A stretch of DNA of 64,000 bases from Promethearchaeia archaeon (GCA_029856155.1 JAHQWL010000096.1:17140-81139), one strand, 5' to 3'; shown: positions 40,110-51,070, numbered from the stretch's first letter. A program made the numbers and translations. The notes: a model not told the origin generated them from the sequence alone.

Positions 40110-41699
40110 TTATAATCCTTCAGGTCTACTCCCTTTGGCACTTATGATTCTGTCTACTCTTAAGATAAGATTCGCTAGCTCACTACCAGATTTTATAATA
40201 TGATTTATTAATTCGGCGGGTTCAACAATTCCCCTTTTATAATTATCTCCAATAGTATTTGTTATAGTATCGATTCCTACCCACTTATCATCATCAGTTT
40301 TATGTGCTGCTCTTAATTCAGTTAACTTTTCAATTTCTGCTAATCCGGCATTTTTGATTAAGGTTTTCGGGATTTCTTCTAGTGCTAAGGCAAACGCATT
40401 CACAGCTAGTTGTTCTTTTCCGCTAATTTCGTTCGCATAAGTTCTTATTCTTTTAGCAAGTTCGATATATATTGCACCTCCCCCTGCTACTACAGTCTTA
40501 GTATCTATTATTTTAGCTATAACTGACAATACATCGTTTAACGAGACTTCGGCGGTACTAAGAATCTTATCTAGACCCCCTTTTATCAAAATAGACACAG
40601 ATTTAGGATTTTTACATCCTGTAAATAAGGTATATTCGTCATCTCCAAGTTTTTCAAAATGGATTCTTTCTGCAAATCCTAAATCATCTTCTGAAAGTGA
40701 GGTTAAATCATCAACAAGTTTTGCACCAACAGCCTTTAATATTGATTTATAATCACTTTCACCGACGCTTTTTATAGCAGCAATCCCTTCTTTTGCTAAA
40801 TAAGCACCAAATTTGTCAGAGATATCACTGCTGTTTACAACCATATTTACTCCTAAATCTTTAAAGATTTTTAAATAATCTAATAGAATTTTATCTTCTT
40901 GGTCAAGAAATTTTTGAATATCAGAAGGGCTAGAAATACGAACTTGAGCATCAAATTCAGTCTTTTTTACATCTAATTTTCTTCTAATAACAGCAATTCT
41001 AGCATCTTTTATAGACACAGGCATCATAGCATTTACTTTTTCTTTTTGAGTGTATACTCCGTTAATTAATTCGGTATCTTTTAGAGATTTTCCCGGTGCT
41101 TTAACGATTTTAACGTTGCTTACCTTTGCAAAATTATTGCCTTTCTCATCTGCTATCTGTTTTATTGCCTTTAAGGCTAAATCTGCAAAAAAATCCTTCA
41201 ATGGAGCAATATCCTTAGAATTCATAGCTGTTTTTGCAGCATTTTTAAGAACTTCATCATCGTCACTTGAAATTTTTATTGATATTTCTTTAATAATTGA
41301 AAGTGCTTTATCGGCGGCTAACTTATATCCATGAGTAATAGGTCTCGGATGAATACCTTGCTCAACCAATTCTAAGGCGTTGTTTAGTAAAGCAGCAGAA
41401 AAAATTACAGCAGAAGTAGTGCCATCACCAATATCTTCATCAATCGATTTTGCTACATTAACCATCATGTTTGCAGCTATATTTTCGATGTCTAAATTTT
41501 TAAGAATCTCTGCTCCGTCATTAGTAATTGTAACATCGCCAAGAGAATCAACAAGCATTTTTGACATTCCTTTAGGGCCTAGAGTGGATCGTACGGTTTC
41601 TGCGATCGCAACCATTGCTGTAATATTCTGTTTTCGAGCTTCTTTCTCACGTACTTCCTCTGTTCCTTCCTTAAGTATTATAATTGGTACATTTGACAT
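40110..41699 (-). CDS. ths: Thermosome (group II chaperonin) subunit
   Basis: STLGPKGMSKM, TNDGA, GDGTTS, VAGGGA, GIVEP. Confidence 0.95.
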   Translation of the reverse strand: MSNVPIIILKEGTEEVREKEARKQNITAMVAIAETVRSTLGPKGMSKMLVDSLGDVTITNDGAEILKNLDIENIAANMMVNVAKSIDEDIGDGTTSAVIFSAALLNNALELVEQGIHPRPITHGYKLAADKALSIIKEISIKISSDDDEVLKNAAKTAMNSKDIAPLKDFFADLALKAIKQIADEKGNNFAKVSNVKIVKAPGKSLKDTELINGVYTQKEKVNAMMPVSIKDARIAVIRRKLDVKKTEFDAQVRISSPSDIQKFLDQEDKILLDYLKIFKDLGVNMVVNSSDISDKFGAYLAKEGIAAIKSVGESDYKSILKAVGAKLVDDLTSLSEDDLGFAERIHFEKLGDDEYTLFTGCKNPKSVSILIKGGLDKILSTAEVSLNDVLSVIAKIIDTKTVVAGGGAIYIELAKRIRTYANEISGKEQLAVNAFALALEEIPKTLIKNAGLAEIEKLTELRAAHKTDDDKWVGIDTITNTIGDNYKRGIVEPAELINHIIKSGSELANLILRVDRIISAKGSRPEGL

Positions 41700-41919
41700 T
41701 TTAATTACACTTTTTTTTATGAAATTTGAATTATTATTTATAAAGATCTCTATGTCATAAAAATTTTATCAAATTTATATGACAACTAATTTTATTTGAT
41801 TTTAAATTAACTCCAGATGACATTAAAGGTTAATATTAGCCGATCTTGCTTTTATATTAGAAGAATTGTTCTTATATGCTTTTGGAGTCTCTATAGTTCG
41901 CATATCTGAGATTTGCTTA

Positions 41920-42378
41920 TCAGATTTCGATGAAACTCGTATTTTTGTATTCTTTTAAAATCATATTTGAATTTGTACGGGTAACATAATTTTTTTTGTT
42001 TAATTCTCTAATGAAATTATGAACATCTTCAGATTCTTTAAATCTACAAATCAAGGCTGCTGATTGTTCCCCAGTCGTGTGAAAAACATTACAAACTTCA
42101 GGTTTTTTAGCAATATCCTTTAATATCTCCTCAGTAAATTTTCCGTCTACGTTGATTCTTATCAAAAAGGTTAATTTATAACCGAGTTTTTCGTTATTGA
42201 GTCTGAGTGTATACCCTTCTATTACTCCACTCTTTTTTAATTTAGTAATTCGATTATGTATAGTTCCAATTGAGATTCCTAATTTATCTTGAATTTCCCT
42301 ATAAGAAGTTCTAGCATTTTCTTGAAGTATACGGATGATTTGTTTGTCAATTTCATCTAGAACTTTCTCTTTCTTCAT
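41920..42378 (-). CDS. Lrp/AsnC family transcriptional regulator
   Basis: LDEIDKQII..LQENAR.SY.EI...LGIS.GTIHNRI..L...GVI; start reset to ATG 42378. Confidence 0.92.
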   Translation of the reverse strand: MKKEKVLDEIDKQIIRILQENARTSYREIQDKLGISIGTIHNRITKLKKSGVIEGYTLRLNNEKLGYKLTFLIRINVDGKFTEEILKDIAKKPEVCNVFHTTGEQSAALICRFKESEDVHNFIRELNKKNYVTRTNSNMILKEYKNTSFIEI

Positions 42379-42620
42379 TAAAAACCAATCCAAATAAAAT
42401 TATGCGATTTATTAAGATCAATATATTTTATTATGAGAAATATATAAAATTTTATAAAAATTTAAATTAAAATCTAATTTTCATTGAAAATTTTTTAAAA
42501 AACTCTGAATAATTATTTTTTGGATTATAGAATTTTTATATATTATGTTGATTTGTAATCAATATTTATTATGCTAGATGTATTTGTATTATTATTAAAC
42601 ATTGACAGTAGTAGAAAAAT

Positions 42621-43721
42621 ATGACTGAGGATTTCAAAATAGACCCTTGGGGGGCATCTACTCTTGAGGAAGAAGATTATGCTAGATTAATTAAAGAATT
42701 TGGGATTGAGGAAATATCTGAATCCCTTAGACAGAAAATGATTAATAACCGTTTTATTCGTAGAAAAATTATTTTTGGACATCGTGATTTAGGTCTTATT
42801 TATAAAGCTATAGATAAAAATCAGCCCTGGGCAGTAATGAGTGGCATTAAACCTTCTGGACCGTTTCACTTAGGTACATCGACAACAGCATTAGAGATCG
42901 TGGAATTTCAGAAAATGGGAGGAATGGCTTATTATGGAATAGCAGATATTGAAAGTTGGGAAGATAATGGAATACCTTGGGAAGAAGCAGAAGAGACAGC
43001 TGTAGATAATATTGCTGACATATTAGCTCTTGGTTTGGATCCATCTCCAGAAAAAGCATATATTTGGAGACAATCAAAAGAGCCAAAAGTAAAGGATATT
43101 TGTTTCAAAGTTAGTAGGCTTGTCACCCAGAATATGCTAAACGCGATTTATGGTGAGCGTACATTTGGACTTTATATGGCTTCATTAATACAAGTAGGAG
43201 ATATCATACTCCCACAAGTTATAGAAGGCCCTCAACCAACAATAGTGCCTGTAGGGATAGATCAGGATCCTCATTTACGTCTTACTAGAGATCTAACACG
43301 CAGAAACTATAAGAAGTTCTTTTTACCAGGAGCAACCTATCATTATTTATTAGCGGGAATTGATGGCTCAGAAAAGATGGCTAAGAGAAATCCCAATAGT
43401 TATTTTACATTCAATGAATCTCTTGAATCAATTGAAAAAAAAGTTAAAGGGTCTCTTACTGGTGGTAGAAGAAATTTGAAAGAGCAGAGGAAATTAGGTG
43501 GTGAACCTCAAAAATGCATGGTTTATAAAATGTTAATGTATCATTTTGAAGAAGACGATGAAAAATTAGCTAAAGACTTTGAAATGTGTGTTAAGGGCGA
43601 GTTAATGTGTGGAGATCATAAACAAGAATGTGTTGAGAAAGTTTTAAATTTCATAAGAAACCATAGAAAGAAAAAAGAAAAACTAATAGATACGGCTCGA
43701 AGCCTTCTAAAAATTGATTAA
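42621..43721 (+). CDS. trpS: Tryptophanyl-tRNA synthetase (archaeal type)
   Basis: IDPWG, GHRD, GIKPSGPFHLG, PVGIDQDPH, KMSKS-like KMAKR, TGGR. Confidence 0.93.
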   Translation: MTEDFKIDPWGASTLEEEDYARLIKEFGIEEISESLRQKMINNRFIRRKIIFGHRDLGLIYKAIDKNQPWAVMSGIKPSGPFHLGTSTTALEIVEFQKMGGMAYYGIADIESWEDNGIPWEEAEETAVDNIADILALGLDPSPEKAYIWRQSKEPKVKDICFKVSRLVTQNMLNAIYGERTFGLYMASLIQVGDIILPQVIEGPQPTIVPVGIDQDPHLRLTRDLTRRNYKKFFLPGATYHYLLAGIDGSEKMAKRNPNSYFTFNESLESIEKKVKGSLTGGRRNLKEQRKLGGEPQKCMVYKMLMYHFEEDDEKLAKDFEMCVKGELMCGDHKQECVEKVLNFIRNHRKKKEKLIDTARSLLKID

Positions 43722-43747
43722 AGTTATTTTCCTTGTTTTCATTGGCT

Positions 43748-44674
43748 TTAGATTAATTGTGCTAAAATCTTAATTACATCCTCAAGAAAATCAGGGAATC
43801 GCTCAAAAAAATTTTCTTTTTCTTGTTCTTTAAGTACTGCAGACACAAAAAACATGTCATTATTTATTTTCTTTCTTAATAAATATGAAAAGAGCGGACC
43901 TTCAGTCGATGTAAAATCAAAATTTCCTTCATATTTTTCCTCATCCATCCGTTTAAGTAAGAAGAGATGTTCTTTGATAGATTCTAGCAACTCAACATAT
44001 ACTTCAGGGTTGATATCGCTATAATATTCAGAAATGATAATACCACTTCGATCAAATATAATTAAAGCTTGACATTTAAAAATATCTAAATAGTATTCTA
44101 ATAATTCTGAAAGTTGAAAAAACTTTTTATCAAATACAGAAAGCCCATATGAAACTAACTGGACGATAGAAATTATATCATAAATAGATGATTGCTGAAA
44201 TAATATATTGAAATAAGGATATTCATTTAATATTTTTTCTCTTAATTTTTCAATATTTCCAAGGATTTTTTCATCAGCTTTTAACTCAGGATCGTATTTA
44301 TGAAATGTTATTATTATCGGAACATTCATTTCACTCTTTTCAAAGAAGCTTAAAATTGAATTTAAGTATTCAAGGGATTGATCAAATCTATCCGGATCCT
44401 GAATATCTATTACATAGATTAGTAAATCAGTAGAATCAAAGTAAACATCTTGATAATTGATATAAATCTCTCGATATGTTTCTTGACCTCCCATATCCCA
44501 GAATACCGTATTACTTCTTAAGAAATTCATCTTATGATACTCTATTCTAATGGTGGGTTTAAGTTGTACGATATCCTTCTCAAAATCATACTTTTTATCA
44601 AGTGCAGTTAAGATTGAGGTTTTACCGGCATTATCAAGCCCACTTACTACAATTTTTAAAAATAAACCTTCCAA
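43748..44674 (-). CDS. Rag/Gtr-like small GTPase with C-terminal roadblock/longin-like domain
   Basis: GLDNAGKTS, PT, WDMGGQ, Rag-type G4 HKYD, SSIYD; C-terminal IIFDRSGIIISEY. Confidence 0.82.
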   Translation of the reverse strand: MEGLFLKIVVSGLDNAGKTSILTALDKKYDFEKDIVQLKPTIRIEYHKMNFLRSNTVFWDMGGQETYREIYINYQDVYFDSTDLLIYVIDIQDPDRFDQSLEYLNSILSFFEKSEMNVPIIITFHKYDPELKADEKILGNIEKLREKILNEYPYFNILFQQSSIYDIISIVQLVSYGLSVFDKKFFQLSELLEYYLDIFKCQALIIFDRSGIIISEYYSDINPEVYVELLESIKEHLFLLKRMDEEKYEGNFDFTSTEGPLFSYLLRKKINNDMFFVSAVLKEQEKENFFERFPDFLEDVIKILAQLI

Positions 44675-44991
44675 ATATTTTCAGCTCATATTCGTTAAAG
44701 CAATTTATCGAAGTTAATAAAATAATAGAGTCATTTAAATTTAAATTTCTGCGAATGAGAAAAAGAGTGTTTCAATTTTAATCTTTGAATTATTAACTAT
44801 ATTGTTTGCTATAATATCGAGATCGTATCTAAATATTATTCCTATGCTTATAATTTCAATTTCTTGGGAGCATTTCTTAAAAGAATAGTGATTTCAGAGA
44901 AGTTTAGATGACATATAAATGATATTTATATTTTTTAAAGTAAATAATCTGATTTTACTCAATGAATTAAGTCATAAAAGAGATGATGTGA

Positions 44992-45222
44992 TTGATAGAA
45001 GAACACAATAAATTTTTGGAAAATTTAGAATATCAGATCAGTTTAAAAGAAAATACTTATAAAACAATGAAAAAAATCCCTGTTTTTACTGAAAAAGTAA
45101 AGGAATTAGATAACTCGGTTATGGATCTTACAGAAAAATTCCAGAAAATTCGAATACGTGACAAATACCAATTAATAATATCAGAATTGGATAATTTAAT
45201 AAAAAACTCAAAACCTAAATAA
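44992..45222 (+). CDS. Small coiled-coil hypothetical protein
   Basis: 76 aa helical ORF, GATGTG SD-like site upstream. Confidence 0.45.
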   Translation: MIEEHNKFLENLEYQISLKENTYKTMKKIPVFTEKVKELDNSVMDLTEKFQKIRIRDKYQLIISELDNLIKNSKPK

Positions 45223-45261
45223 ATATAATTTTATTTATTTTTTTAAATTCTATAAAAATAC

Positions 45262-45684
45262 TTAGTCGCCCACAATCATACAATATATTTTTCTTGATCT
45301 CGCTTTTTCATCGCATTCGATGAATATTATCTGTTGCCACGCTCCTAATATTAATTTTTGATTTTTAAATGGAAATACCTGAGAAGTTTTTATTAGGAAA
45401 CTTCTTAAATGTCCTGCTCCATTATAATCATGCCATGTTTCGTGATGGTTATAGTGTTCATCATATGGAATTAGCTTTTCTAAGAGATTTTTGATATCAT
45501 TTTTTACCAGACCTGGTTCATACTCTACAGTAGAAATAGCTCCTGTGGATCCTGCTACATGAACATTTACAATTCCGTTATTGATATTACTATTGTTAAT
45601 ACAATGTTGAACTTGCTCCGTAATATTAATTACGTCATAATATGCTTTTGTCTTTAAATCAAACGTTTTTAAAATTGCAGTCAT
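45262..45684 (-). CDS. YjbQ/UPF0047 family protein
   Basis: GSTGA..TVEYEPG, NGAGHLRS, LGAWQQI.F.E.D. Confidence 0.9.
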   Translation of the reverse strand: MTAILKTFDLKTKAYYDVINITEQVQHCINNSNINNGIVNVHVAGSTGAISTVEYEPGLVKNDIKNLLEKLIPYDEHYNHHETWHDYNGAGHLRSFLIKTSQVFPFKNQKLILGAWQQIIFIECDEKARSRKIYCMIVGD

Positions 45685-45687
45685 TTT

Positions 45688-46731
45688 TCATTTCTTTAAT
45701 CTTTCACATCTATTCAAATTTTTAATTTGCTTTAACACTGATTTAGGTAAATTTTTTTCATTTCCTTCTTTTAAAGCAAGTATTTTAGTTATGATGAGAA
45801 GTTCACTTTGTTCAAACCCATCAATATTTGTCCAACCCTCTGATCCTCCCGCTTCAATACAAATAAAAAAAGGAGCCTTTTTGAATTTTAAACATTTATT
45901 ATCCCGGCATTTTTCACATATTTTAGGATAATAATATACATTACCATTTTTAAGAAAAATTGAAAAGTTGCCCAATTCCTTATTTTTAACTCGAATCCAA
46001 TTATCAGACTCAAATTGAACTTTCAAATTTAAGCTTAAAATATATTTTATCAATTGTTCTGTATTTATCGCTCGAATAACATTTGTATTACGTGTTTCAG
46101 GTTCATAATAGTCATTACATTCATCAGTGATGTCAGAATGATTGAAAAGGAGATTTAAAGGAATAAAGTCTATGATATAAACATTTTCCATTTCTTTATA
46201 TTTATTTCTCTTTAAAAATATTGAACAAATTTGATCCAGAATGTCTAATGGCTCAGATATTTCATTAATATACACATTATTTGATTTTATAATTGAATCA
46301 AAATCTCTATTTTTTAAATGGCTGTTAATAATATCTTCTCTAGTAAAGTGTTCAAGGATTATGCAAAAAATTATAGTAATTGATGGTATTCGTGTTTGGA
46401 TTTCATTAAAATAGTACAAAATTTGATCCACTTTTCTCTCAGAAATGAAAATTATTATAGCTTCTGCCCCATTATAAAAAATAGTTCGCAAATAAGCCCT
46501 CTGTTGTCTACAATCAATATTCCATAAAAGAAATTCAAATTTTTCATATTGTTTAAATGAAAAATCAATTTTGCTAATATTTACGCCAATATTTTGTTTA
46601 TTTTCTATAGGTAAGGAATTTGAACTCAATTTTTTTTGAAACTCATCCTTATAATTTTCAGTCCCTCCTAAGATACAAATCTTCTTTTTTATTAGGGGAT
46701 TTCTTAAGAGTGGAGTTTCTAAAGAGTTCAT
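45688..46731 (-). CDS. Degenerate Rab/Ras-like (pseudo)GTPase with Cys-containing C-terminal domain
   Basis: KICILG(G1 eroded), NIGVN, FLLWNIDCRQ (G3 eroded), RTIFYNGAEAIII; CEKC..C..C in the tail. Confidence 0.65.
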   Translation of the reverse strand: MNSLETPLLRNPLIKKKICILGGTENYKDEFQKKLSSNSLPIENKQNIGVNISKIDFSFKQYEKFEFLLWNIDCRQQRAYLRTIFYNGAEAIIIFISERKVDQILYYFNEIQTRIPSITIIFCIILEHFTREDIINSHLKNRDFDSIIKSNNVYINEISEPLDILDQICSIFLKRNKYKEMENVYIIDFIPLNLLFNHSDITDECNDYYEPETRNTNVIRAINTEQLIKYILSLNLKVQFESDNWIRVKNKELGNFSIFLKNGNVYYYPKICEKCRDNKCLKFKKAPFFICIEAGGSEGWTNIDGFEQSELLIITKILALKEGNEKNLPKSVLKQIKNLNRCERLKK

Positions 46732-46846
46732 TTTACTATCGACTAAATAATAATGAATTTAGGCTAAATCTATTAAATAATAAATTTATTTATGAATTTT
46801 AATTTATCTATCTAGTTTTCAACTATTCAAACTTTTTGAATCAATT

Positions 46847-47269
46847 ATGAGTAAGAGATTAGAAGATTTTCTTAAAAAGATACACGATCCAAAATCAAAA
46901 ATTCCCGATTATGCTACAATTATAATAAAACCAGGGAAAAAGCTCTTAGACTTTAAAATTAAAAAAGAAGAAGCCAATATCTTAAAAGTTATTGCCCATG
47001 AAGAGAAAAAAACGGGATGGTTTTTACATTCTGTGCATATTCCTCTTAAAAATTTAGGTTTATCTTATGAGTCCAAAGATAAAGAAATATTAGAATATCT
47101 ATCTGATCCAAATAGAATCACAAGCAGTAGACAAACTAAAGAATATATAGAAGATATTTTAAGAAAATATTTAGATATTTTACCAGAAAAGAAGAGGCAT
47201 TTTTTTAGAACTGAAAGATTTAAGAAAAAGAAAGAATTTAGAACTGGCGCTCAAATGAAGGGCTTTTAA
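46847..47269 (+). CDS. Basic hypothetical protein
   Basis: 140 aa Lys/Arg-rich ORF. Confidence 0.7.
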   Translation: MSKRLEDFLKKIHDPKSKIPDYATIIIKPGKKLLDFKIKKEEANILKVIAHEEKKTGWFLHSVHIPLKNLGLSYESKDKEILEYLSDPNRITSSRQTKEYIEDILRKYLDILPEKKRHFFRTERFKKKKEFRTGAQMKGF

Positions 47270-47602
47270 CTATTTTATTTTAGAACCAGGCGGAACTGGT
47301 TTTCGTTCATCAATTTTTAATAGAAAGGGTTCATTCTTGAAATCAGCAGCGAGTAGCATTCCCTGACTTTGAATGCCCATAATATTTCGAGGTTTCAAAT
47401 TTGTCAAAATTACTATTTTTTCATTAATTAACTCCTCTCTTGAGTAAAATGGAGCAATCCCTGTTACAATTTGTTTTAGATCTTTCTCTCCACAATCTAC
47501 CATTAATTTATAGAGATTTTTTGATTTGGGTACTTTTGTACAATTTTTAACTAAACCTACTCTAATATCGAGTTTTGAGAAATCTTCATAGTTAATTTCC
47601 AT
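47270..47602 (-). CDS. tRNA-binding OB-fold protein (Trbp111/MetRS C-terminal/CsaA-like)
   Basis: EDFSKLDIRVG, NLKPR.IMGIQSQGMLLAA. Confidence 0.92.
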   Translation of the reverse strand: MEINYEDFSKLDIRVGLVKNCTKVPKSKNLYKLMVDCGEKDLKQIVTGIAPFYSREELINEKIVILTNLKPRNIMGIQSQGMLLAADFKNEPFLLKIDERKPVPPGSKIK

Positions 47603-47609
47603 AAAACCT

Positions 47610-48476
47610 TCATCCTCTTAACGGCATTCCATTTAGATTTATATATTCATTAGTCTTCATTTTTTTCTCTCGATAAGGATTTTTAATATTATTTATTTTT
47701 CGCCCAAAGGTTAAATATCCAGTGTGACCCACCATTCTCACTTCTGGACGTGTAGCATTTTCTTTTACTTGGATTTTTCTTTTTATTAATTCATATGTAT
47801 TTATCTCAACAAAATCATTCCTGTTCATCATTGAAACTGTTTTTTTGACTTGCTCAATAGTTGGGGAAAAAGATACTAAAGTGCCGCTAAATCTTAAATA
47901 ATTCTTGACTCTTTCAATAGCATCCCAAGGAGTAGCTAGATCTAAAACAATAGCATCAACATTCTTGTGGTTAAAATCTTCCCTTATCAGATCTCCATAT
48001 TTAATTGTTACTATTTCTTTTAAGTTAGCTTTAAGGATATTTACCTTTGCTCTTTTAAGTGATTTTTCACTAATGTCATATGAGTAAATGTGCCCATTTG
48101 GCTGAACATAATTACCTAGAATGCATGTGAGAGCTCCAGAACCGCATCCTGCTTCAATAACCGTACTTCCCGGTCCGATTCCTGAATATAGTAAAATCAT
48201 TCCAGCATCTTCAGGGTAAATAATTTGAGTTTTCCGAGCCATATGAAGAATATAATCAGAGGGTAAGGGTTTTAATACAAAAAATTTATAGCCTTGAGTT
48301 TCAAGAGGTTTTGAAAAGACTACAGACCCAAAAATCTTTCCAATTATATCATCAAACTCAATAATTCCTTTATGTGAGTGGAATTTTTCACCATGTTTCA
48401 CTTGAATAAGCCATCGTCGTTTTTCGTCAAGAATTAAAAAGACTAAATCGTTTTCTTTAATAATTTCGAAGCCCAT
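47610..48476 (-). CDS. trmI: tRNA (adenine57/58-N1)-methyltransferase
   Basis: RKTQIIYPED, EAGCGSG, LDL..PW, FSPTIEQV, TRP...VGHTGYL. Confidence 0.93.
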   Translation of the reverse strand: MGFEIIKENDLVFLILDEKRRWLIQVKHGEKFHSHKGIIEFDDIIGKIFGSVVFSKPLETQGYKFFVLKPLPSDYILHMARKTQIIYPEDAGMILLYSGIGPGSTVIEAGCGSGALTCILGNYVQPNGHIYSYDISEKSLKRAKVNILKANLKEIVTIKYGDLIREDFNHKNVDAIVLDLATPWDAIERVKNYLRFSGTLVSFSPTIEQVKKTVSMMNRNDFVEINTYELIKRKIQVKENATRPEVRMVGHTGYLTFGRKINNIKNPYREKKMKTNEYINLNGMPLRG

Positions 48477-48648
48477 TTTAAATGCAATCTCTTTTTATTT
48501 CTAAAGTATCTATATCTTTAATTGGTTATAAGAAGGCTTTCTTTCATTATTAATCTATTTACAAAAAATATATAAAAAATCTACAACTCTCAAATATATT
48601 AAACTTATTAAAAATCTTTTTTATAAATACTCTTTAATGAATTAATTT

Positions 48649-49566
48649 ATGAGTAGAGAGAGACCCCATAACGCTCAAACATCTCGAACTTCTTTTAGAG
48701 ACCTTCAGTCCCAAATAGAGAATTTACGGCAAAAAAGAGATGAATTAAATCAAAAAACAAAACAATTTATAAATGATCTCCAAGATATTGAGATAGAAAT
48801 CGCAAATTCTCTAAAAATCGCTAAGGATCAATACAAAAAGAAAAGAGATTACTGGAATGACAAGGTAAAACAATTAAAAGAAAAAAAAATTGAATATAAG
48901 ACACTATTAGATACTTTAATAGAAGATAAAAACACTATACAAAAACCTGAAACAAAAAATAAAGATAATAAACAAATTCTTTCAATGAAACAAATTGAAC
49001 GAAAAATTGATAATTTAGAGAGAAGAATTGAAACGGAAAAACTTGATATTACTGAAGAAAATACCATAATTGATAAAATAAGAGAATTAGCAGAAATGAA
49101 ACAAGAATTTTTATCTGAGCAGAAAAACAGTGAAATTTTTAAAATTGAAAGGAAAATTGAAATTGTAAAGATCAATTTAAATAAGATCTATGAACAATTA
49201 AATAAATGGTCGGATAAATCTCAAGAAAATCATGCTAAAATGCTAAAAGAGTTTCAAAACGTCGATAAACTAAAGGAAGATAAGAAAAAACTCGAAGAAG
49301 AATTAATTGAAAACAAAAAAACAGCTGATCTGTATCATGAACAATACTTAAAAGTAATGAATCAAAGAAAGAAATCATACAAAGGGAAGAAACCTTATAG
49401 ACATAACCAAAAACCAGCTCCAAAGTTCAACCAATTTTCAAAAAAAAATGAAATGATTGAAAAGATAAAACAGGATAAATTAGCTACAGCACTAGAAAAG
49501 CAAAAAGCAGGGAAAAAGTTAAATTTATTTGAAGCTAGACTAATTCTTGAAAAATCTGAGGAATAA
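48649..49566 (+). CDS. Archaeal coiled-coil protein (COG1340-like)
   Basis: Long heptad repeats, KRDELN and LE..IET..L...EE motifs, C-terminal K.G.KL. Confidence 0.7.
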   Translation: MSRERPHNAQTSRTSFRDLQSQIENLRQKRDELNQKTKQFINDLQDIEIEIANSLKIAKDQYKKKRDYWNDKVKQLKEKKIEYKTLLDTLIEDKNTIQKPETKNKDNKQILSMKQIERKIDNLERRIETEKLDITEENTIIDKIRELAEMKQEFLSEQKNSEIFKIERKIEIVKINLNKIYEQLNKWSDKSQENHAKMLKEFQNVDKLKEDKKKLEEELIENKKTADLYHEQYLKVMNQRKKSYKGKKPYRHNQKPAPKFNQFSKKNEMIEKIKQDKLATALEKQKAGKKLNLFEARLILEKSEE

Positions 49567-49741
49567 AAACTTATATTAGGATAGAAAATCTTTCAATTTT
49601 ATCTACCCGAAGCAGTTTTAAGGATTAGTGATCGATTTAAAGAAATTTTATCAAAAAATTAAGAGATCTGAATAAGATTTAAAAAAATTGTAGATTTATT
49701 ACTTTCATAGTCTATACAATTAATGGAAAGGAAGATTAATT

Positions 49742-51070
49742 TTGAAGAAAAAAGTAGCTGAAATCAGAACTCTTTTACAAGAACATCACGATTGGTTCCA
49801 AAAATCAATTCCTCTCATCGCTTCTGAAAATATTACCAGTCCCGCTGTGGATGAAGCTTGTGCCTCTGATTTTTCACATCGATATGCAGAAGGCTGGAGT
49901 GGACAGAGAGTTTATGCGGGGTGCACTTATATAGATCAAATCGAAGATATTTGCATGGAACTTACAAAAGAATATTTTGATTGTTTACATGCTGATGTTC
50001 GACCAATATCTGGAGTTGTAGCAAACTTAGTTATGTATAATGCATTTACTTCAGATAATAATGGTAAGATGTGCTGTATGTCTATCGTTCGTGGTGGTCA
50101 TATTTCACATGGACCAAGATTCGCAAAAAGTGGTAGAGAAATTTATGGTACAGCTGGTACAACTAGAGGAATTAATGTAGAATATTTAGCTTTTGATAAT
50201 GATGAAATGAATTTAGATATTGATGCTTCTGCAAAAATAATCAGAGAATTTGAGCCTGAATTAGTTTTATTTGGTGGTTCAGTATTTCTATTCCCACACC
50301 CCGTTAAAGAACTTGGTGAGGTTGCAAAAGAAGTGGGAGCATATATTGGCTATGATGCTGCCCATGTTGCGGGTTTGATTGGTTCTGGGTATTTCCAAGA
50401 CCCTTTAAGAGAAGGAGCAGATGTTATGACGATGAGTACACATAAAACACTCCCAGGACCTCAACATGGTACATTAGTATCAAACAGAGAAGATTTAGTC
50501 GAAAGTTTGAGATCTTGTGCTTTTCCGGCTTTGTTATCTAATCATCATCTGCATAATGTTGCTGGATTGGGGATAGCATTAGCAGAAATGCTAGAATTTG
50601 GAAAGGAATACCATAAAAATGTTATAGAAAATGCCAAAGCTCTTGGACAAGCCTTATCTGATATTGGTTTGAAAGTATTAATGGAACATAAAGGATTTAC
50701 TGAATCTCATCAGATTGTGGTTGATATTACAGACTTTGAGAAAACTATTGGATTGGGTGGAGACATTGAGAAAATACTAGAAGAGGCTAATATTATCCTT
50801 AATCGTAATCTTTTACCATATGACATCGCTGCAGGTAGACATTACCAAAATCCAGGCGGTTTGAGAATGGGAACCTCTGAAATAACTCGGCTTGGTATGG
50901 GAAAAAATGAAATGGTTGATATTGCTGATTTTTTTAAAAAACTACTAATTGATAAAAAGGACCCTAAAAAGATAAGAAATGACGTGGCTGAATTTAGACA
51001 AGGTTTCCAAGAAATAAAGTATTGTTTTCAATCTCCAAATAAAGCATATGAATATTTGAAGTTTTTCTAA
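49742..51070 (+). CDS. glyA: Serine hydroxymethyltransferase (archaeal type)
   Basis: LIASEN, RYAEG, GGHISH, YDAAHV.GL, PLP-lysine motif STHKTLPGP, GLRMGT. Confidence 0.95.
   Translation: MKKKVAEIRTLLQEHHDWFQKSIPLIASENITSPAVDEACASDFSHRYAEGWSGQRVYAGCTYIDQIEDICMELTKEYFDCLHADVRPISGVVANLVMYNAFTSDNNGKMCCMSIVRGGHISHGPRFAKSGREIYGTAGTTRGINVEYLAFDNDEMNLDIDASAKIIREFEPELVLFGGSVFLFPHPVKELGEVAKEVGAYIGYDAAHVAGLIGSGYFQDPLREGADVMTMSTHKTLPGPQHGTLVSNREDLVESLRSCAFPALLSNHHLHNVAGLGIALAEMLEFGKEYHKNVIENAKALGQALSDIGLKVLMEHKGFTESHQIVVDITDFEKTIGLGGDIEKILEEANIILNRNLLPYDIAAGRHYQNPGGLRMGTSEITRLGMGKNEMVDIADFFKKLLIDKKDPKKIRNDVAEFRQGFQEIKYCFQSPNKAYEYLKFF

Noticed and set aside
44675-44689. ATG-AGC-TGA in frame upstream of the Rag-like GTPase (possible readthrough)
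   Set aside because: GAGCTGA is better explained as an SD-like site for the TTG start; the extension would add only 5 residues.
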